From NCBI GenBank assembly GCA_964580365.1, contig CAZOLL010000002.1, positions 1 through 44,006 of the forward strand: a stretch of 44,006 bases of DNA, written 5' to 3'. Position numbers and translations under genes: made by a program. Origin of the DNA: an uncultured Phycisphaeraceae bacterium (GTDB lineage Bacteria; Planctomycetota; B15-G4; JADJEK01). Position 1 is the stretch's first letter. Every line of letters begins with the position of its first letter. The notes beneath the pieces are model-generated. The model was not told where the DNA came from, did not search any database, and saw only the letters and a list, made by a program, of their open reading frames with translations. This document shows, piece by piece, positions 18,223-27,205 of this stretch.

Positions 18223-19535
18223 GCGCGATGGACGACGAGAACAATCCGAGCGGTCCGTTCTGCTCGATCGAAGAGGCCCTGGACGATCTGCGTCAGGGCA
18301 GGCTGATCGTTCTCGTCGACGACGAGGACCGCGAGAACGAAGGCGACCTCTGCTGCGCGGCCGAGTTCGTCACGCCCGAGACCATCAACTTCATGTCGCG
18401 CGAGGCGCGCGGCCTGATCTGCCTCGCGCTCGACGCGAAGATCGTCGACCAGCTCGAGCTGCCGATGCAGGTCGCCGACAACTCGTCGCGCTTCGGCACC
18501 GCGTTCACGGTGTCGATCGAGGCGAAGCACGGCGTCACGACCGGCATCTCCGCCGCCGACCGTGCGCGCACGATCCGCACGGCCGTCAACGCGAATGCGA
18601 AGGCGTCTGACCTCGTGCGTCCCGGCCACGTGTTCCCGCTGCGCGCGAAAGAAGGCGGCGTCCTGGTGCGCGCCGGCCAGACCGAAGGCATCGTCGACCT
18701 CGCCCGTCTCGCGGGGCTGCGTCCCGCCGGCGTGATCTGCGAGATCATGAACGACGACGGCACGATGGCGCGCGTCGGCGACCTCGAGAAGTTCTGTGCC
18801 AAGCACTCGATCCGCATGTGCTCGGTCGCCGACCTCATCGCGTGGCGCCGCCGCAACGAGAAGCTCGTCGAGCGCACCGTGACCGTCGACCTGCCGACGC
18901 GCTTCGGCCCGAAGTTCGACCTCCACGTCTACCGCTCGAAGGTCGACGGCATGGCGCACCTCGCGCTGTGCCTCGGTATTCCGCGCCCGGTCGACGACTC
19001 CGGCGCTCCGCCGTTGAAGGACCCCGTCCTCGTCCGCGTCCACTCCGAGTGCTTGACGGGCGACCTGCTCGGCTCACTCCTCTGCGACTGCGGCGCGCAG
19101 CTCCACATGGCGCTCGATGCCATCGCGAACGCCGGGCAGGGCATCCTGCTGTACATGCGGCAGGAAGGGCGCGGCATCGGCCTCGAGAACAAGCTGAAGG
19201 CCTACCACCTGCAGCAGACGAAGGGGCTCGACACCGTCGAAGCGAACCAGGCGCTCGGCTTCCCCGCCGATATCCGCGACTACGGCCACGGCGCGCAGAT
19301 CCTCCGCGACCTCGGCGTGCGGCGGATCCACCTGCTGACGAACAACCCCCGCAAGTACCACGCGCTCAAGGGTTACGGCCTCACGATCGACGGCCGCGTC
19401 CCGATCCAGGCCTCTCCGAACCCAAGCAACGCGAAGTACTTGTGGACGAAGGCCGCGAAGCTCGGGCACCTGCTCGACCCGCAGCCGGCACCGACGGATC
19501 GTCCTGCGGCGCCTCCTGCGTCCGACCCGGGGTGA
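18219..19535 (+). CDS. ribBA: bifunctional 3,4-dihydroxy-2-butanone-4-phosphate synthase / GTP cyclohydrolase II
   Basis: DHBP synthase motifs [11 protein letters not shown] and [13 protein letters not shown] motifs [19 protein letters not shown] and [16 protein letters not shown] at 18219 overlaps the gyrA stop; ATG at 18228 is an alternative start. Confidence 0.95.
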   Translation: MSAMDDENNPSGPFCSIEEALDDLRQGRLIVLVDDEDRENEGDLCCAAEFVTPETINFMSREARGLICLALDAKIVDQLELPMQVADNSSRFGTAFTVSIEAKHGVTTGISAADRARTIRTAVNANAKASDLVRPGHVFPLRAKEGGVLVRAGQTEGIVDLARLAGLRPAGVICEIMNDDGTMARVGDLEKFCAKHSIRMCSVADLIAWRRRNEKLVERTVTVDLPTRFGPKFDLHVYRSKVDGMAHLALCLGIPRPVDDSGAPPLKDPVLVRVHSECLTGDLLGSLLCDCGAQLHMALDAIANAGQGILLYMRQEGRGIGLENKLKAYHLQQTKGLDTVEANQALGFPADIRDYGHGAQILRDLGVRRIHLLTNNPRKYHALKGYGLTIDGRVPIQASPNPSNAKYLWTKAAKLGHLLDPQPAPTDRPAAPPASDPG

Positions 19536-19603
19536 CCCCAATTCTTCGGAGGGCCGGGAAGAAAGGCGGGGCCGCGGCCGTTCACGTGCCCCGCTCGACG
19601 CAT

Positions 19604-19629
19604 GGAAACGGCCGGCCCGGCCGCGCGTC
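19604..19629 (+). promoter_or_regulatory. candidate ECF-type promoter (GGAAAC-N16-CGTC) upstream of the second ECF sigma gene
   Basis: ggaaac at 19604-19609, a 16-nt spacer, then cgtc at 19626-19629, about 85 nt upstream of ATG 19714. It matches the generic GGAAC-N16/17-CGT architecture of autoregulated ECF promoters. This is a motif match only. Confidence 0.25.
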
Positions 19630-19713
19630 GCGCGAGGTCCTCCAATGCACGGCTCGCATGCGATCGACGTCGCCGTCTCCGCCGGCCCCGCGCCGGCGTG
19701 GTCCTGCGGCGTG

Positions 19714-20271
19714 ATGGACGAGCTCGACGATCGCGCCCTCGTCGATCGGGCGAAGGCCGGCTCGGAGGACGCGTACACCGCTCTCGTGCGCCGCTACCAC
19801 GAGCGCGTCTTCAAGGTCGCCGCACGCATCGTGCGCACCGCGGAGGACGCCGAGGACGTGACGCAGGAAGTCTTCGCGCGCGCGCTGTCTGCGCTCGATC
19901 GCTTCGACTTCCGCGCGACGTTCTACACGTGGCTCGTGTCGATCGCGCGCAACGCCGCGTTCGACGCCTACCGCAGCGGTCGCCGCACGCGGACGACCTA
20001 CAACCTCGAGGGCGGGTTCGAATCGTTCCCGCACGACGGCTCGGCCGACCCGGTCCGCACCAACGCGGAGAAGGAACGCGCCGAGCGGGTTCAACGCGCG
20101 TTGTCGCGGCTGTCGCCGCGCGACCGCACGCTCCTCGTGCTGCGCGAGTACGAGGACATGCAGTACGAAGAGATCGCAGTGGTCCTGGGCTGTCCGGTCG
20201 GCACCGTCGAGTCCGGCATCCATCGCGCGCGCAAGAAGCTGAAAGTCCTGCTCGGAGACGTCGAACCATGA
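19714..20271 (+). CDS. ECF (group 4) RNA polymerase sigma factor
   Basis: Region 2 is DVTQEVFARALSALDRFDFRATFYTWLVSIARNAAFD. Region 4 is LSPRDRTLLVLREYEDMQYEEIAVVLGCPVGTVESGIHRARKKL. I prefer the ATG at 19714 (MDELDD) over the upstream 19645. Confidence 0.88.
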   Translation: MDELDDRALVDRAKAGSEDAYTALVRRYHERVFKVAARIVRTAEDAEDVTQEVFARALSALDRFDFRATFYTWLVSIARNAAFDAYRSGRRTRTTYNLEGGFESFPHDGSADPVRTNAEKERAERVQRALSRLSPRDRTLLVLREYEDMQYEEIAVVLGCPVGTVESGIHRARKKLKVLLGDVEP

Positions 20272-20744
20272 ACCGCGACAACATCGAACGCATGATCGAC
20301 CTGCACCTCGACCGACGTCTCGGCATGGACGACGAACGCCGACTCGCCGAGACCCTTGCGCGTGACGCGGGCGCGCGTGCGATCCTCGCCGAGCGCGAGA
20401 ACCTGCGCGCGATGCTCCGCTCGGTGCCGGAGCCGCGCGTCCCCGCGAAGCTGCTCGACGGCGTGCTCGCGCGCGTCGCGCAGGAACGCGCGGGAGCGGG
20501 ACGGTCGGCGCGCATCCTCCCTTTCGCGCGCCGCGTGCTGCTCGCGGCCACGATCCTCTTCGCCGCGGCCTTCTTCGCCCTGGTGGCGGACTTCACCCTG
20601 AACCGCCCGGCGAAGGTGAACGCGGGCGATCCGATTGGCCAGCCGACGATCGGCGACCGTCTGCCGGGTGACGCCGCCGGCGAGCACTTCGGCGACGCCG
20701 TGAAGGACTACCTCGAGTGGCGCTTCCTGGGTCGCAACCGGTGA
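20268..20744 (+). CDS. putative anti-sigma factor (single-pass membrane protein)
   Basis: ATGA overlap with the sigma gene. An N-terminal helical domain is followed by one TM segment (VLLAATILFAAAFFALVADF). Assignment is by position. Confidence 0.5.
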   Translation: MNRDNIERMIDLHLDRRLGMDDERRLAETLARDAGARAILAERENLRAMLRSVPEPRVPAKLLDGVLARVAQERAGAGRSARILPFARRVLLAATILFAAAFFALVADFTLNRPAKVNAGDPIGQPTIGDRLPGDAAGEHFGDAVKDYLEWRFLGRNR

Positions 20745-21097
20745 CGAGCGTCCGGACGCTCCTCGCGATCGGAGCGGTCTTCCTGTTCGGCGCGGGCGTG
20801 CTCGCGGGGTTCGTCTTCTCGCGGCACGGCGAAGGGACCGCGAACGCCGAGACGAGCGGGAACACCTATCTCCAGCGCCTCGTGAACGACTACCATCTGC
20901 GCCCCGATCAGGTCGAGCGCATCAAGGGTCACCTCGGTCAGGAGCAGGGCAAGGTCGACGCGATCGTCGAAGGCGTCGCGGAGCAGGTGAAGCAGGCGAT
21001 CCGCGCCGCGCGCGCGGAGACGGTGGATTCGATTCGCGGCGAGCTCGACCCCGAGCAGCGCGAGCGCTTCGACCAGGACCGCAAGAGAGGCAGTTAG
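20741..21097 (+). CDS. membrane-anchored periplasmic helical protein, Spy/CpxP/heavy-metal-sensor-like
   Basis: GTGA overlap with the upstream gene. An N-terminal TM segment (LLAIGAVFLFGAGVLAGFVF) is followed by helical repeats with L.PDQ / L.PEQ motifs (YHLRPDQVERIK, ELDPEQRERF). Confidence 0.45.
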   Translation: MTSVRTLLAIGAVFLFGAGVLAGFVFSRHGEGTANAETSGNTYLQRLVNDYHLRPDQVERIKGHLGQEQGKVDAIVEGVAEQVKQAIRAARAETVDSIRGELDPEQRERFDQDRKRGS

Positions 21098-21103
21098 AAC
21101 CGC

Positions 21104-22906
21104 ATGGCCACGTACGTCGGTCTCGAGCTCGGCAGCGCCGAAGCGCGCATCCTGGAAGCCGAAGGCTCCGCCAAGAAACTCAAGGTCACCAACTTCGCTC
21201 GCGTCGAGCTCGAGCCGCCGAAGGAAGGCCCCGTCGCCGCGGTGCTCGACAAGGACGCGGGCGACCGCATCGACAAGGCGATCTCCGCCGCGAAGTTCTC
21301 GCGCGAGCCGGTCGCGATGTCGTGGGACTCGGGGCTGACGATCTTCCGCGAGATGGAGCTGCCGTTCACGGGCGACGAGCAGATCCGCAAGGTCATCAAG
21401 TACGAGGCCGAGTCGCACCTCCTCAACTGCGACATCAACGACGTCGTCGTCTGCCACTACAAGCTCGCCGAAGGCAAGGAGAAGAGCCGCCTGATGGTGA
21501 TGGCGGCGAACAAGGAGCAGCTCCTGAACCGCATCGAGGTCGTGGGGCGCGCGGGCGTCGACCCGCAGCTCGTCGACCTCGACGTCATGGCGGCGTTCAA
21601 CGCGTTGAACGCGCTCGGCTACGTCAACGAGCACAAGACCTTGATGGTGCTCGACTGCGGCCGCCGCCTCACGACGGTGCTCCTCATCGCCGACGGCCGC
21701 CTCGTGTCCGGCCGCGCGATCCGCATCGGCAGCGACCAGATCACCACGCGGCTCGCGCACGACCTCGAGACCGATCCGAAGGTCATCGCCGACCAGGCGA
21801 AGAAGCTGCTCGGCAACCCGGACGCTCAGGACGACCTCATGGTGCCGGCCGCGTCGGTCGCGCCCGTCGCACACGGCGACGCCGAGAAGTCGGAGACCGC
21901 GAAGGCGCCGGTCGAACTCGCGCGCGACCTCGCACTGCAGCGCGTGGGCGACTTCTATGGGAAGCTCACGCGCGAGATCAAGCGCACGCTCGTCTCGCAG
22001 AAGCTCGCCGCGCCGATCGAAGTCATCTACGCCACCGGCCCCGGCAGCCTCCTGCCCGGTTTCGCGGAGCACGTCGCGCAGAAGCTCGGCATCAACGCGC
22101 CGATGAAGCCGCTCGATCTGTTCGCGCGCGTCGAGCACTCGCTGACGCCGGACCAGGCGAAGGCCGTCGAAGTCGAGGCGCTCACCGCGCTCGGCCTCGC
22201 GTTCAAGATGGCCGGGTTCGACTCGACCAGCGTCGACTTCCGCCAGGAAGAGGTGCGCTACACCAAGAAGTTCGACCAGGTGAAGGAGCCGCTCATCTAC
22301 TTCTGCGCGGTCATCCTCATGTTCGTGCTGCTGTGGGACATGATCGAGGTGAAGAAGCTCTCGACCAAGCAGCCGTTCATGATCCGCGCCGACAAGTCGG
22401 ATGTCTGGCGCATCTGGGACACCGCGATGCGGACCTACACGCAGACGCTTGGCGCCGACGCGCCCGTGACTGCGCAGATGAAGGAGCCGAGCGTCACCGG
22501 GATTCGCGCCATCAACTTCCAGATGGAGAAGAAGAAGGACGAGCTAATGGGCGAGCTCGGCCGCGGCGGCCTCATCCCGGAGCTGCCGTCGGCGTTCGTC
22601 ATGTGGCAGCACGTGTTCGAAGCGGTCTCACCGAGCATGGACAAGATCGGCAAGCTCGTCCTCGAGGACATTCGCGTCGTCGTGCGAAAACAGAAGTCGC
22701 CGTACTGCGAGCTGAAGGGGTACACGAGTTCGGCGTCGGCCTACAACGACCTCATCACTGCGCTCGGCACGATCACCGCCCTCGACCAGAACAAGCAGAC
22801 CGTGAAGGTGACGGTGAAGGAAGGCAACACCAAGAACCCAGGCGATCGCTACGAGTTCTCCGGATTGCGCATCGAGTGGCCAGAGCGGAAGAACGGAGAA
22901 TACTGA
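21104..22906 (+). CDS. PilM-like actin-fold domain fused to a TM segment and a PilN-like periplasmic domain (GspL-like architecture)
   Basis: The N-terminus YVGLELGSAEARILE, DLDVMAAFNAL and MVLDCGRRLTTVLLIADGRLVSGRAIRIGSDQIT match the PilM/ASKHA phosphate and adenosine motifs. One TM segment (LIYFCAVILMFVLLW) sits near residue 395, followed by a Lys-rich domain of about 190 aa. Confidence 0.7.
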   Translation: MATYVGLELGSAEARILEAEGSAKKLKVTNFARVELEPPKEGPVAAVLDKDAGDRIDKAISAAKFSREPVAMSWDSGLTIFREMELPFTGDEQIRKVIKYEAESHLLNCDINDVVVCHYKLAEGKEKSRLMVMAANKEQLLNRIEVVGRAGVDPQLVDLDVMAAFNALNALGYVNEHKTLMVLDCGRRLTTVLLIADGRLVSGRAIRIGSDQITTRLAHDLETDPKVIADQAKKLLGNPDAQDDLMVPAASVAPVAHGDAEKSETAKAPVELARDLALQRVGDFYGKLTREIKRTLVSQKLAAPIEVIYATGPGSLLPGFAEHVAQKLGINAPMKPLDLFARVEHSLTPDQAKAVEVEALTALGLAFKMAGFDSTSVDFRQEEVRYTKKFDQVKEPLIYFCAVILMFVLLWDMIEVKKLSTKQPFMIRADKSDVWRIWDTAMRTYTQTLGADAPVTAQMKEPSVTGIRAINFQMEKKKDELMGELGRGGLIPELPSAFVMWQHVFEAVSPSMDKIGKLVLEDIRVVVRKQKSPYCELKGYTSSASAYNDLITALGTITALDQNKQTVKVTVKEGNTKNPGDRYEFSGLRIEWPERKNGEY

Positions 22907-23448
22907 TGGCCGACTTCGCGAAGGGCTTCATCTACACGAGCCTCGCGCTCGCGCTCGCGGGAGGCGGCTTCCACTTCTATCTCGCGAACCGCCTGAAGTC
23001 GGCCGATCCGGACGTCGAACAGGCGCTCAAGTTCTTGAAGGAAGTCAGTGTGAAGAAGGAGGACATCAACGCCCTCCTGCGCGAGAAGGAGAACGACGAC
23101 TACCTGAAGCGCGACAAGTCCGCGCGCCTCGACGAATTCCTCGCCGAACTCTCGAAGAACGCCGGCATGGAGCGCGGTCCGAGCAAAGAGAAGCCGCAGG
23201 ACGACATCGCGAACAGCAGCGCGGGCTGGAAGGACACCTCGAACGAGATCAGCTGGCTCGGCGACCGATCGCGCAAGCTCAAGTTCACCCGCGAGCAGAT
23301 CGCGCACTTCTGCTACTCGCTCGAGAACAAGACCAAGCTGCTCAAGGTGACGTCGATCCAGCTCACGACCGATCGCGACGCGCTCGACGACAGGTGGGAC
23401 GCGCGCTTCACGATCACCGAGCGCGCGCCGAAGACCCTCGGGCAATGA
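22906..23448 (+). CDS. bitopic membrane protein, PilO/GspM-like (architecture only)
   Basis: The ATG at 22906 shares one base with the upstream TGA (TGATG). It has an N-terminal TM segment (FIYTSLALALAGGGFHFYL), a coiled-coil-like Lys/Glu-rich stretch, and a C-terminal alpha/beta-looking domain. There is no sequence motif proof. Confidence 0.4.
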   Translation: MADFAKGFIYTSLALALAGGGFHFYLANRLKSADPDVEQALKFLKEVSVKKEDINALLREKENDDYLKRDKSARLDEFLAELSKNAGMERGPSKEKPQDDIANSSAGWKDTSNEISWLGDRSRKLKFTREQIAHFCYSLENKTKLLKVTSIQLTTDRDALDDRWDARFTITERAPKTLGQ

Positions 23449-23491
23449 TCGCGCGGCACGCCGCCGCGACCTCGCACTCCGTTCCGACCCG

Positions 23492-23935
23492 ATGAGCCGC
23501 GCGTTCGTCAAGGAGACCGACGACCGCGAGCCGCGCTGCCCGGTTTGTACCGGGCGCGGTGTGCCGGTCACGCGCGTGACGATCGCAGCGCTCGCCGGCG
23601 AACCCGCGGCCGCGCGGCTTGGCGCCGAGACGTTCTGCTGCGACGTCCCGTCGTGCGAAATCGCGTGGTTCGACGGCGTCGGCGCACGCGTCCGCGTCGA
23701 CGAACTGCGCGCGCCGCCCTGGCCGAAGGATCCGTCCGCGCCGGTCTGCGCGTGCTTCGGCGTCGGCGCCGATCAGATCGAGGCGTGGGGCGCGCGCGCC
23801 GACACCGCCGCGGTGAAGGCGCTGCTCGAGCGCGTGAAGGGGACGTCCGCGCGCTGCGCGACGAAGGCGTTCGACGGCAGCTCGTGCGAGCCGCACGTGC
23901 GGAAGATCTTCCTTCGAGCGCGCGGACTCGGCTGA
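23492..23935 (+). CDS. cysteine-rich putative metal-binding protein (N-terminal CxxC zinc-ribbon-like plus BFD/CopZ-like CxC module)
   Basis: CPVCTGRG, FCCDVPSCEIAWF, VCACFGVGADQIEAW, and ARCATKAFDGSSCEPHV. It resembles the putative Fe-S/metal chaperone family with a C.CF..t...I motif. Assignment is from memory. Confidence 0.4.
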   Translation: MSRAFVKETDDREPRCPVCTGRGVPVTRVTIAALAGEPAAARLGAETFCCDVPSCEIAWFDGVGARVRVDELRAPPWPKDPSAPVCACFGVGADQIEAWGARADTAAVKALLERVKGTSARCATKAFDGSSCEPHVRKIFLRARGLG

Positions 23936-23958
23936 GTCCGCGCTCGGTCACGCCGCGA

Positions 23959-25143
23959 TCAACCGCGGAAGGCGTCGAGCCCCGTGACCCACTTGCCGAG
24001 GATCAGCGTGTGGACCTCGTAGGTGCCTTCGTAGGTGTGCACCGACTCGAGGTTCGCCGCGTGGCGCAGCGCCTGGTACTCGTCGAGGATTCCGTTCGCG
24101 CCGAGGATCTCGCGGCAGGTGCGCGCGGTGTCGAGCGCCATCTTCACGTTGTTGCGCTTCGCCATCGAGATCTGCTCGGGCGTCACCGCGCCCGCGTCCT
24201 TCAGTTTGCCAAGGCGCCAGCACAACAGCTGCGCCATCGTGATCTCGGTGAGGATGTCCGCGAACTTGCGCTGCGTGAGCTGGAAGCCCGCGATCGGGCG
24301 GCCGAACTGCGTGCGCGACTTCGAATAGCGCACCGCCTCTTCGAGGCAGCCCTGCGCGGCGCCGATGCCGCCCCACGCGATGCCGTAGCGCGCCTGGTTC
24401 AGGCACGAGAGCGGACCGCCGAGGCCCTTCGCGTCCGGCAAGCGGTTCGACTCCGGCACTTCGACGTGATCGAGCACGAGCTCGGAGGTGACCGACGCGC
24501 GCAGCGAGAGCTTGCCCTTCATCTCCGGCGCCGAGAAACCCTTCATGCCCTTCTCGACCAGGAAGCCGCGCACGCCGTCGTCGGTCATCGCCCACACGAC
24601 CGCGACGTCGGCGAGCGTCCCGTTGGTGATCCACATCTTGTTGCCGTGGACGACCCAGGTGTCCTTGTTCTTCTTGGTCGCCTTCGTCGACATCCCGCCC
24701 GGATCGGAGCCGTGGTCCGGTTCGGTGAGGCCGAAACAACCGATCTTCTTGCCCGACGCGAGCTGGGGCAGCCACTTCTTCTTCTGCTCTTCCGAGCCGT
24801 AGCGGAAGATCGGGAACATCACGAGCGCGCCCTGCACCGACGCGAACGAGCGCACGCCCGAGTCGCCGCGCTCGAGCTCCTGCATGATCAACCCGTAGGC
24901 GACGTTGTTGAGGCCCGCGCAGCCGTACTCCTCCGGCAGGTTCGCCCCGAAGACGTTCAGCTCCGCGAGCTGCGGGATCAGGTCGTTGGGGAACGTGCCG
25001 TTCCGCGCGTGCTCCGCGATGATCGGGACGACCTTCTCGGAGGTGAAGTCGCGCACGGTGTCGCGCACCATGCGCTCCTCCTCGGAGAGGAGCTCATCGA
25101 GCTTGTAGAAGTCCACGCCGCGGTAGTCGGGGTTCGTGACCAT
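23959..25143 (-). CDS. gcdH: glutaryl-CoA dehydrogenase (acyl-CoA dehydrogenase family)
   Basis: CFGLTEPDHGSDPGGM, WITNG, and the C-terminal ILGANGILDEYQALRHAANLESVHTYEGTYEVHTLILG are typical of GCDH. Confidence 0.88.
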   Translation of the reverse strand: MVTNPDYRGVDFYKLDELLSEEERMVRDTVRDFTSEKVVPIIAEHARNGTFPNDLIPQLAELNVFGANLPEEYGCAGLNNVAYGLIMQELERGDSGVRSFASVQGALVMFPIFRYGSEEQKKKWLPQLASGKKIGCFGLTEPDHGSDPGGMSTKATKKNKDTWVVHGNKMWITNGTLADVAVVWAMTDDGVRGFLVEKGMKGFSAPEMKGKLSLRASVTSELVLDHVEVPESNRLPDAKGLGGPLSCLNQARYGIAWGGIGAAQGCLEEAVRYSKSRTQFGRPIAGFQLTQRKFADILTEITMAQLLCWRLGKLKDAGAVTPEQISMAKRNNVKMALDTARTCREILGANGILDEYQALRHAANLESVHTYEGTYEVHTLILGKWVTGLDAFRG

Positions 25144-25243
25144 TCGGGTCTCCGGGGAAGCGCGGCAGTTTAGCAGGCGGAATTCCCGTCACGCGCGAGC
25201 GCCTGGGCAACCCGATCGGAAGCCCCACGATCGGAGGATTCCC

Positions 25244-25492
25244 ATGTCGTCCCGAACCGCGCTCGTCGCGTTCCCGATCCTCGCTGCGCTCGCGGCTTCG
25301 TCTTCACGCGCCGCCACCATCACCGTTTCGAAGACCGGCGCGATCCAGACCATCCAGGCCGGCGTCGACGCCGCGGGCCCGGGCGACACCGTCGTCGTCC
25401 TCGACGCATTGCCCGCCGGTGGCGCGACCTACACTGGCAACGTCAGCAGCGACGGCACCGACACGGCGCCCGCGACGCCCGAGATCGACTGA
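25244..25492 (+). CDS. 82-aa secreted mini-paralogue of the adjacent beta-helix protein (signal peptide, N-cap and C-terminal tail only)
   Basis: GGAGGA lies 5 nt upstream of the ATG. MSSRTALVAFPILAALAASSSRA, then ATITVSKTGAIQTIQAGVDAAGPGDTVVVLD...YTGNVSSDGTDTAPATPEID. Both ends are homologous to those of the 25533..27131 product. Confidence 0.6.
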   Translation: MSSRTALVAFPILAALAASSSRAATITVSKTGAIQTIQAGVDAAGPGDTVVVLDALPAGGATYTGNVSSDGTDTAPATPEID

Positions 25493-25532
25493 ATCGAGAG
25501 TCCTTCCCACCCCGAAACGGAGCGAGTACCCA

Positions 25533-27131
25533 ATGTCCCTTCGACCGATGTTCATCAGCCTCGCTGCGCTCGCGCTCGCGACCGCAGTGGCAAACGCCGC
25601 CACGATCACCGTCTCGAAAGGCGGCGCGATCTCGACGATCCAGGCGGGCGTCACCGCCGCGGGCGCCGGCGACACCGTGCTCGTGAAGGCGGGCACCTAC
25701 GAGGAGGCGGTCGACGTTCCGGCCGGCAAGGACGGCCTCACGATCAAGGGCAAGGGCAAGGTCGTGCTCGAGGCGCGCGCGCCGAACGGCGACGGTCTCG
25801 GTCCGGCGCTCGACATCCAGTCGGCGAACGTCACCGTTCAGAGCATCGAGATCAGAAACGCCGACGACGACATGGTGGTGATCGGCGACGCGATCAACTT
25901 CAACGCCGCGAACCTCACGGTGTCGAAGTGCCGCATCGTGAACTGCGCGGGCTTCGCGATGCGCAGCCTGAACGGTCCCGGCGCGCGCATGATCGACTGC
26001 GACGTGCTCGGCTGCGCGACCGGGCTGTTCATCCAGGGCGCCGGAGTGCAGGTCACGAACTCGACGTTCCGAATGACCGACGTGGCGATCAAGATCTTCG
26101 GCGCGAACGCCGTGATCCGCGATTGCGACGTCCGCGCCGTGGGCGACCAGTTCGTGATCCTCGAGGGCGACGATGCCGTGATCGAGCGCAACACGTTTGT
26201 TCGCGCGGGCGGCATCGGCCTCTCGATCGACGGCGCCGGCGCGACCTTGAACAAGAACGTGATCCAGCAAGTCGGCGGCAACGCGCTGGTGCTCGAAGGC
26301 GCGAACGCGGTGCTGAGCAAGAACCGCTTCGAGAACTGCGGCAACACTGCGATCACGTTGATCAACGCCGGCGGCGCGCAGCTGAAGAAGAACACGGTTT
26401 CGACCTGCGCGCAGTTCGGCATCGTGATCGCCGGCGACGGCTGCGAGCTGAGCAAGAACGCGATCACCGACGCGCTCGGCGGCGGCATTGGGCTCACCGG
26501 CCTGAACTCGACCATCGAGAAGAACGAAGTCCGCCGCGGCGGCGGCGTCGGGATCGGCGTCGAGGGCACCGGCCTGGCGATCCGCTCCAACACGATCTCG
26601 GAGCTCACCGGCGCGGCGAACGGCATCCTGGTGCAGAACGCGGGCTCCGGCTCGATCGAGGACAACGAGATCTCGGACGTCGGCGGCGACGGCGTGCGCA
26701 CCGAGGCGACGACTGCCGGCCTGCAGATCCTCGGGAATCGCGTGCGCTCGGTCGGCGACTTCTTCTCGGACGACGGCTTCGACATTTCCGGCGCGGTGCA
26801 CACGGTCTCGCAGAACGTGGCCGAAAACGGCGCGGGCGACGGCTTCCACATGCAGGGCGATTCGATGACCGTGAGCGGAAACCGTGCTTCGGGCCACTTC
26901 CGCGACGGCATTCAGATCGTGAACGGGATGAACGTCACCGTCGACGAGAACACGGTGAAGGACAACAACGGCGAAGGCATCGAGGTGAACGCGAACGGCA
27001 CGAGCGTCACGAACAACAAGGCGAGCGGCAACCGCATCGACTACGCCGACAGCTCGACCGGCTCGACGTTCACGGGCAACTCGAGCAGCGACGGCACGCA
27101 CACCGCGCCGCCGCCGCCCGAGGTCGACTGA
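25533..27131 (+). CDS. secreted right-handed parallel beta-helix repeat protein (PbH1/NosD-like)
   Basis: Signal peptide MSLRPMFISLAALALATAVANA. N-cap ATITVSKGGAISTIQAGVTAAGAGDTVLVKAGTYEE. Many units of about 22 aa of the type N.I...G..GI.L.G.... Tail TGNSSSDGTHTAPPPPEVD. Confidence 0.85.
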   Translation: MSLRPMFISLAALALATAVANAATITVSKGGAISTIQAGVTAAGAGDTVLVKAGTYEEAVDVPAGKDGLTIKGKGKVVLEARAPNGDGLGPALDIQSANVTVQSIEIRNADDDMVVIGDAINFNAANLTVSKCRIVNCAGFAMRSLNGPGARMIDCDVLGCATGLFIQGAGVQVTNSTFRMTDVAIKIFGANAVIRDCDVRAVGDQFVILEGDDAVIERNTFVRAGGIGLSIDGAGATLNKNVIQQVGGNALVLEGANAVLSKNRFENCGNTAITLINAGGAQLKKNTVSTCAQFGIVIAGDGCELSKNAITDALGGGIGLTGLNSTIEKNEVRRGGGVGIGVEGTGLAIRSNTISELTGAANGILVQNAGSGSIEDNEISDVGGDGVRTEATTAGLQILGNRVRSVGDFFSDDGFDISGAVHTVSQNVAENGAGDGFHMQGDSMTVSGNRASGHFRDGIQIVNGMNVTVDENTVKDNNGEGIEVNANGTSVTNNKASGNRIDYADSSTGSTFTGNSSSDGTHTAPPPPEVD

Positions 27132-27168
27132 CGCGGCGCGTTGACGGATCGACCCGGGTCACGAAGAT

Positions 27169-27201
27169 GCGCGCTCCGGTTCCTCGAACCTCGGAGCGCG
27201 C
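27169..27201 (+). promoter_or_regulatory. GC-rich hairpin (perfect 10-bp stem) between the beta-helix gene and the second mini-ORF; its 3' arm contains the GGAG of that ORF
   Basis: gcgcgctccg (27169-27178) pairs with cggagcgcgc (27192-27201). The 13-nt loop gttcctcgaacct can itself pair (gttc/gaac). The ATG at 27206 lies 4 nt after the stem. Confidence 0.5.
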
Positions 27202-27205
27202 ATCG

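Noticed and set aside
18150-18230. An FMN riboswitch expected upstream of ribBA.
   Set aside because: The ribBA start overlaps or abuts the gyrA stop, so there is no leader region to hold a riboswitch.
21104-22906. The PilM-like protein as an FtsA cell-division homologue.
   Set aside because: No dcw-cluster genes (ftsZ, ftsQ, mur genes) lie nearby. The single TM segment plus a periplasmic domain fits GspL/PilMN architecture, not the FtsA amphipathic tail. The question remains open without a structural comparison.
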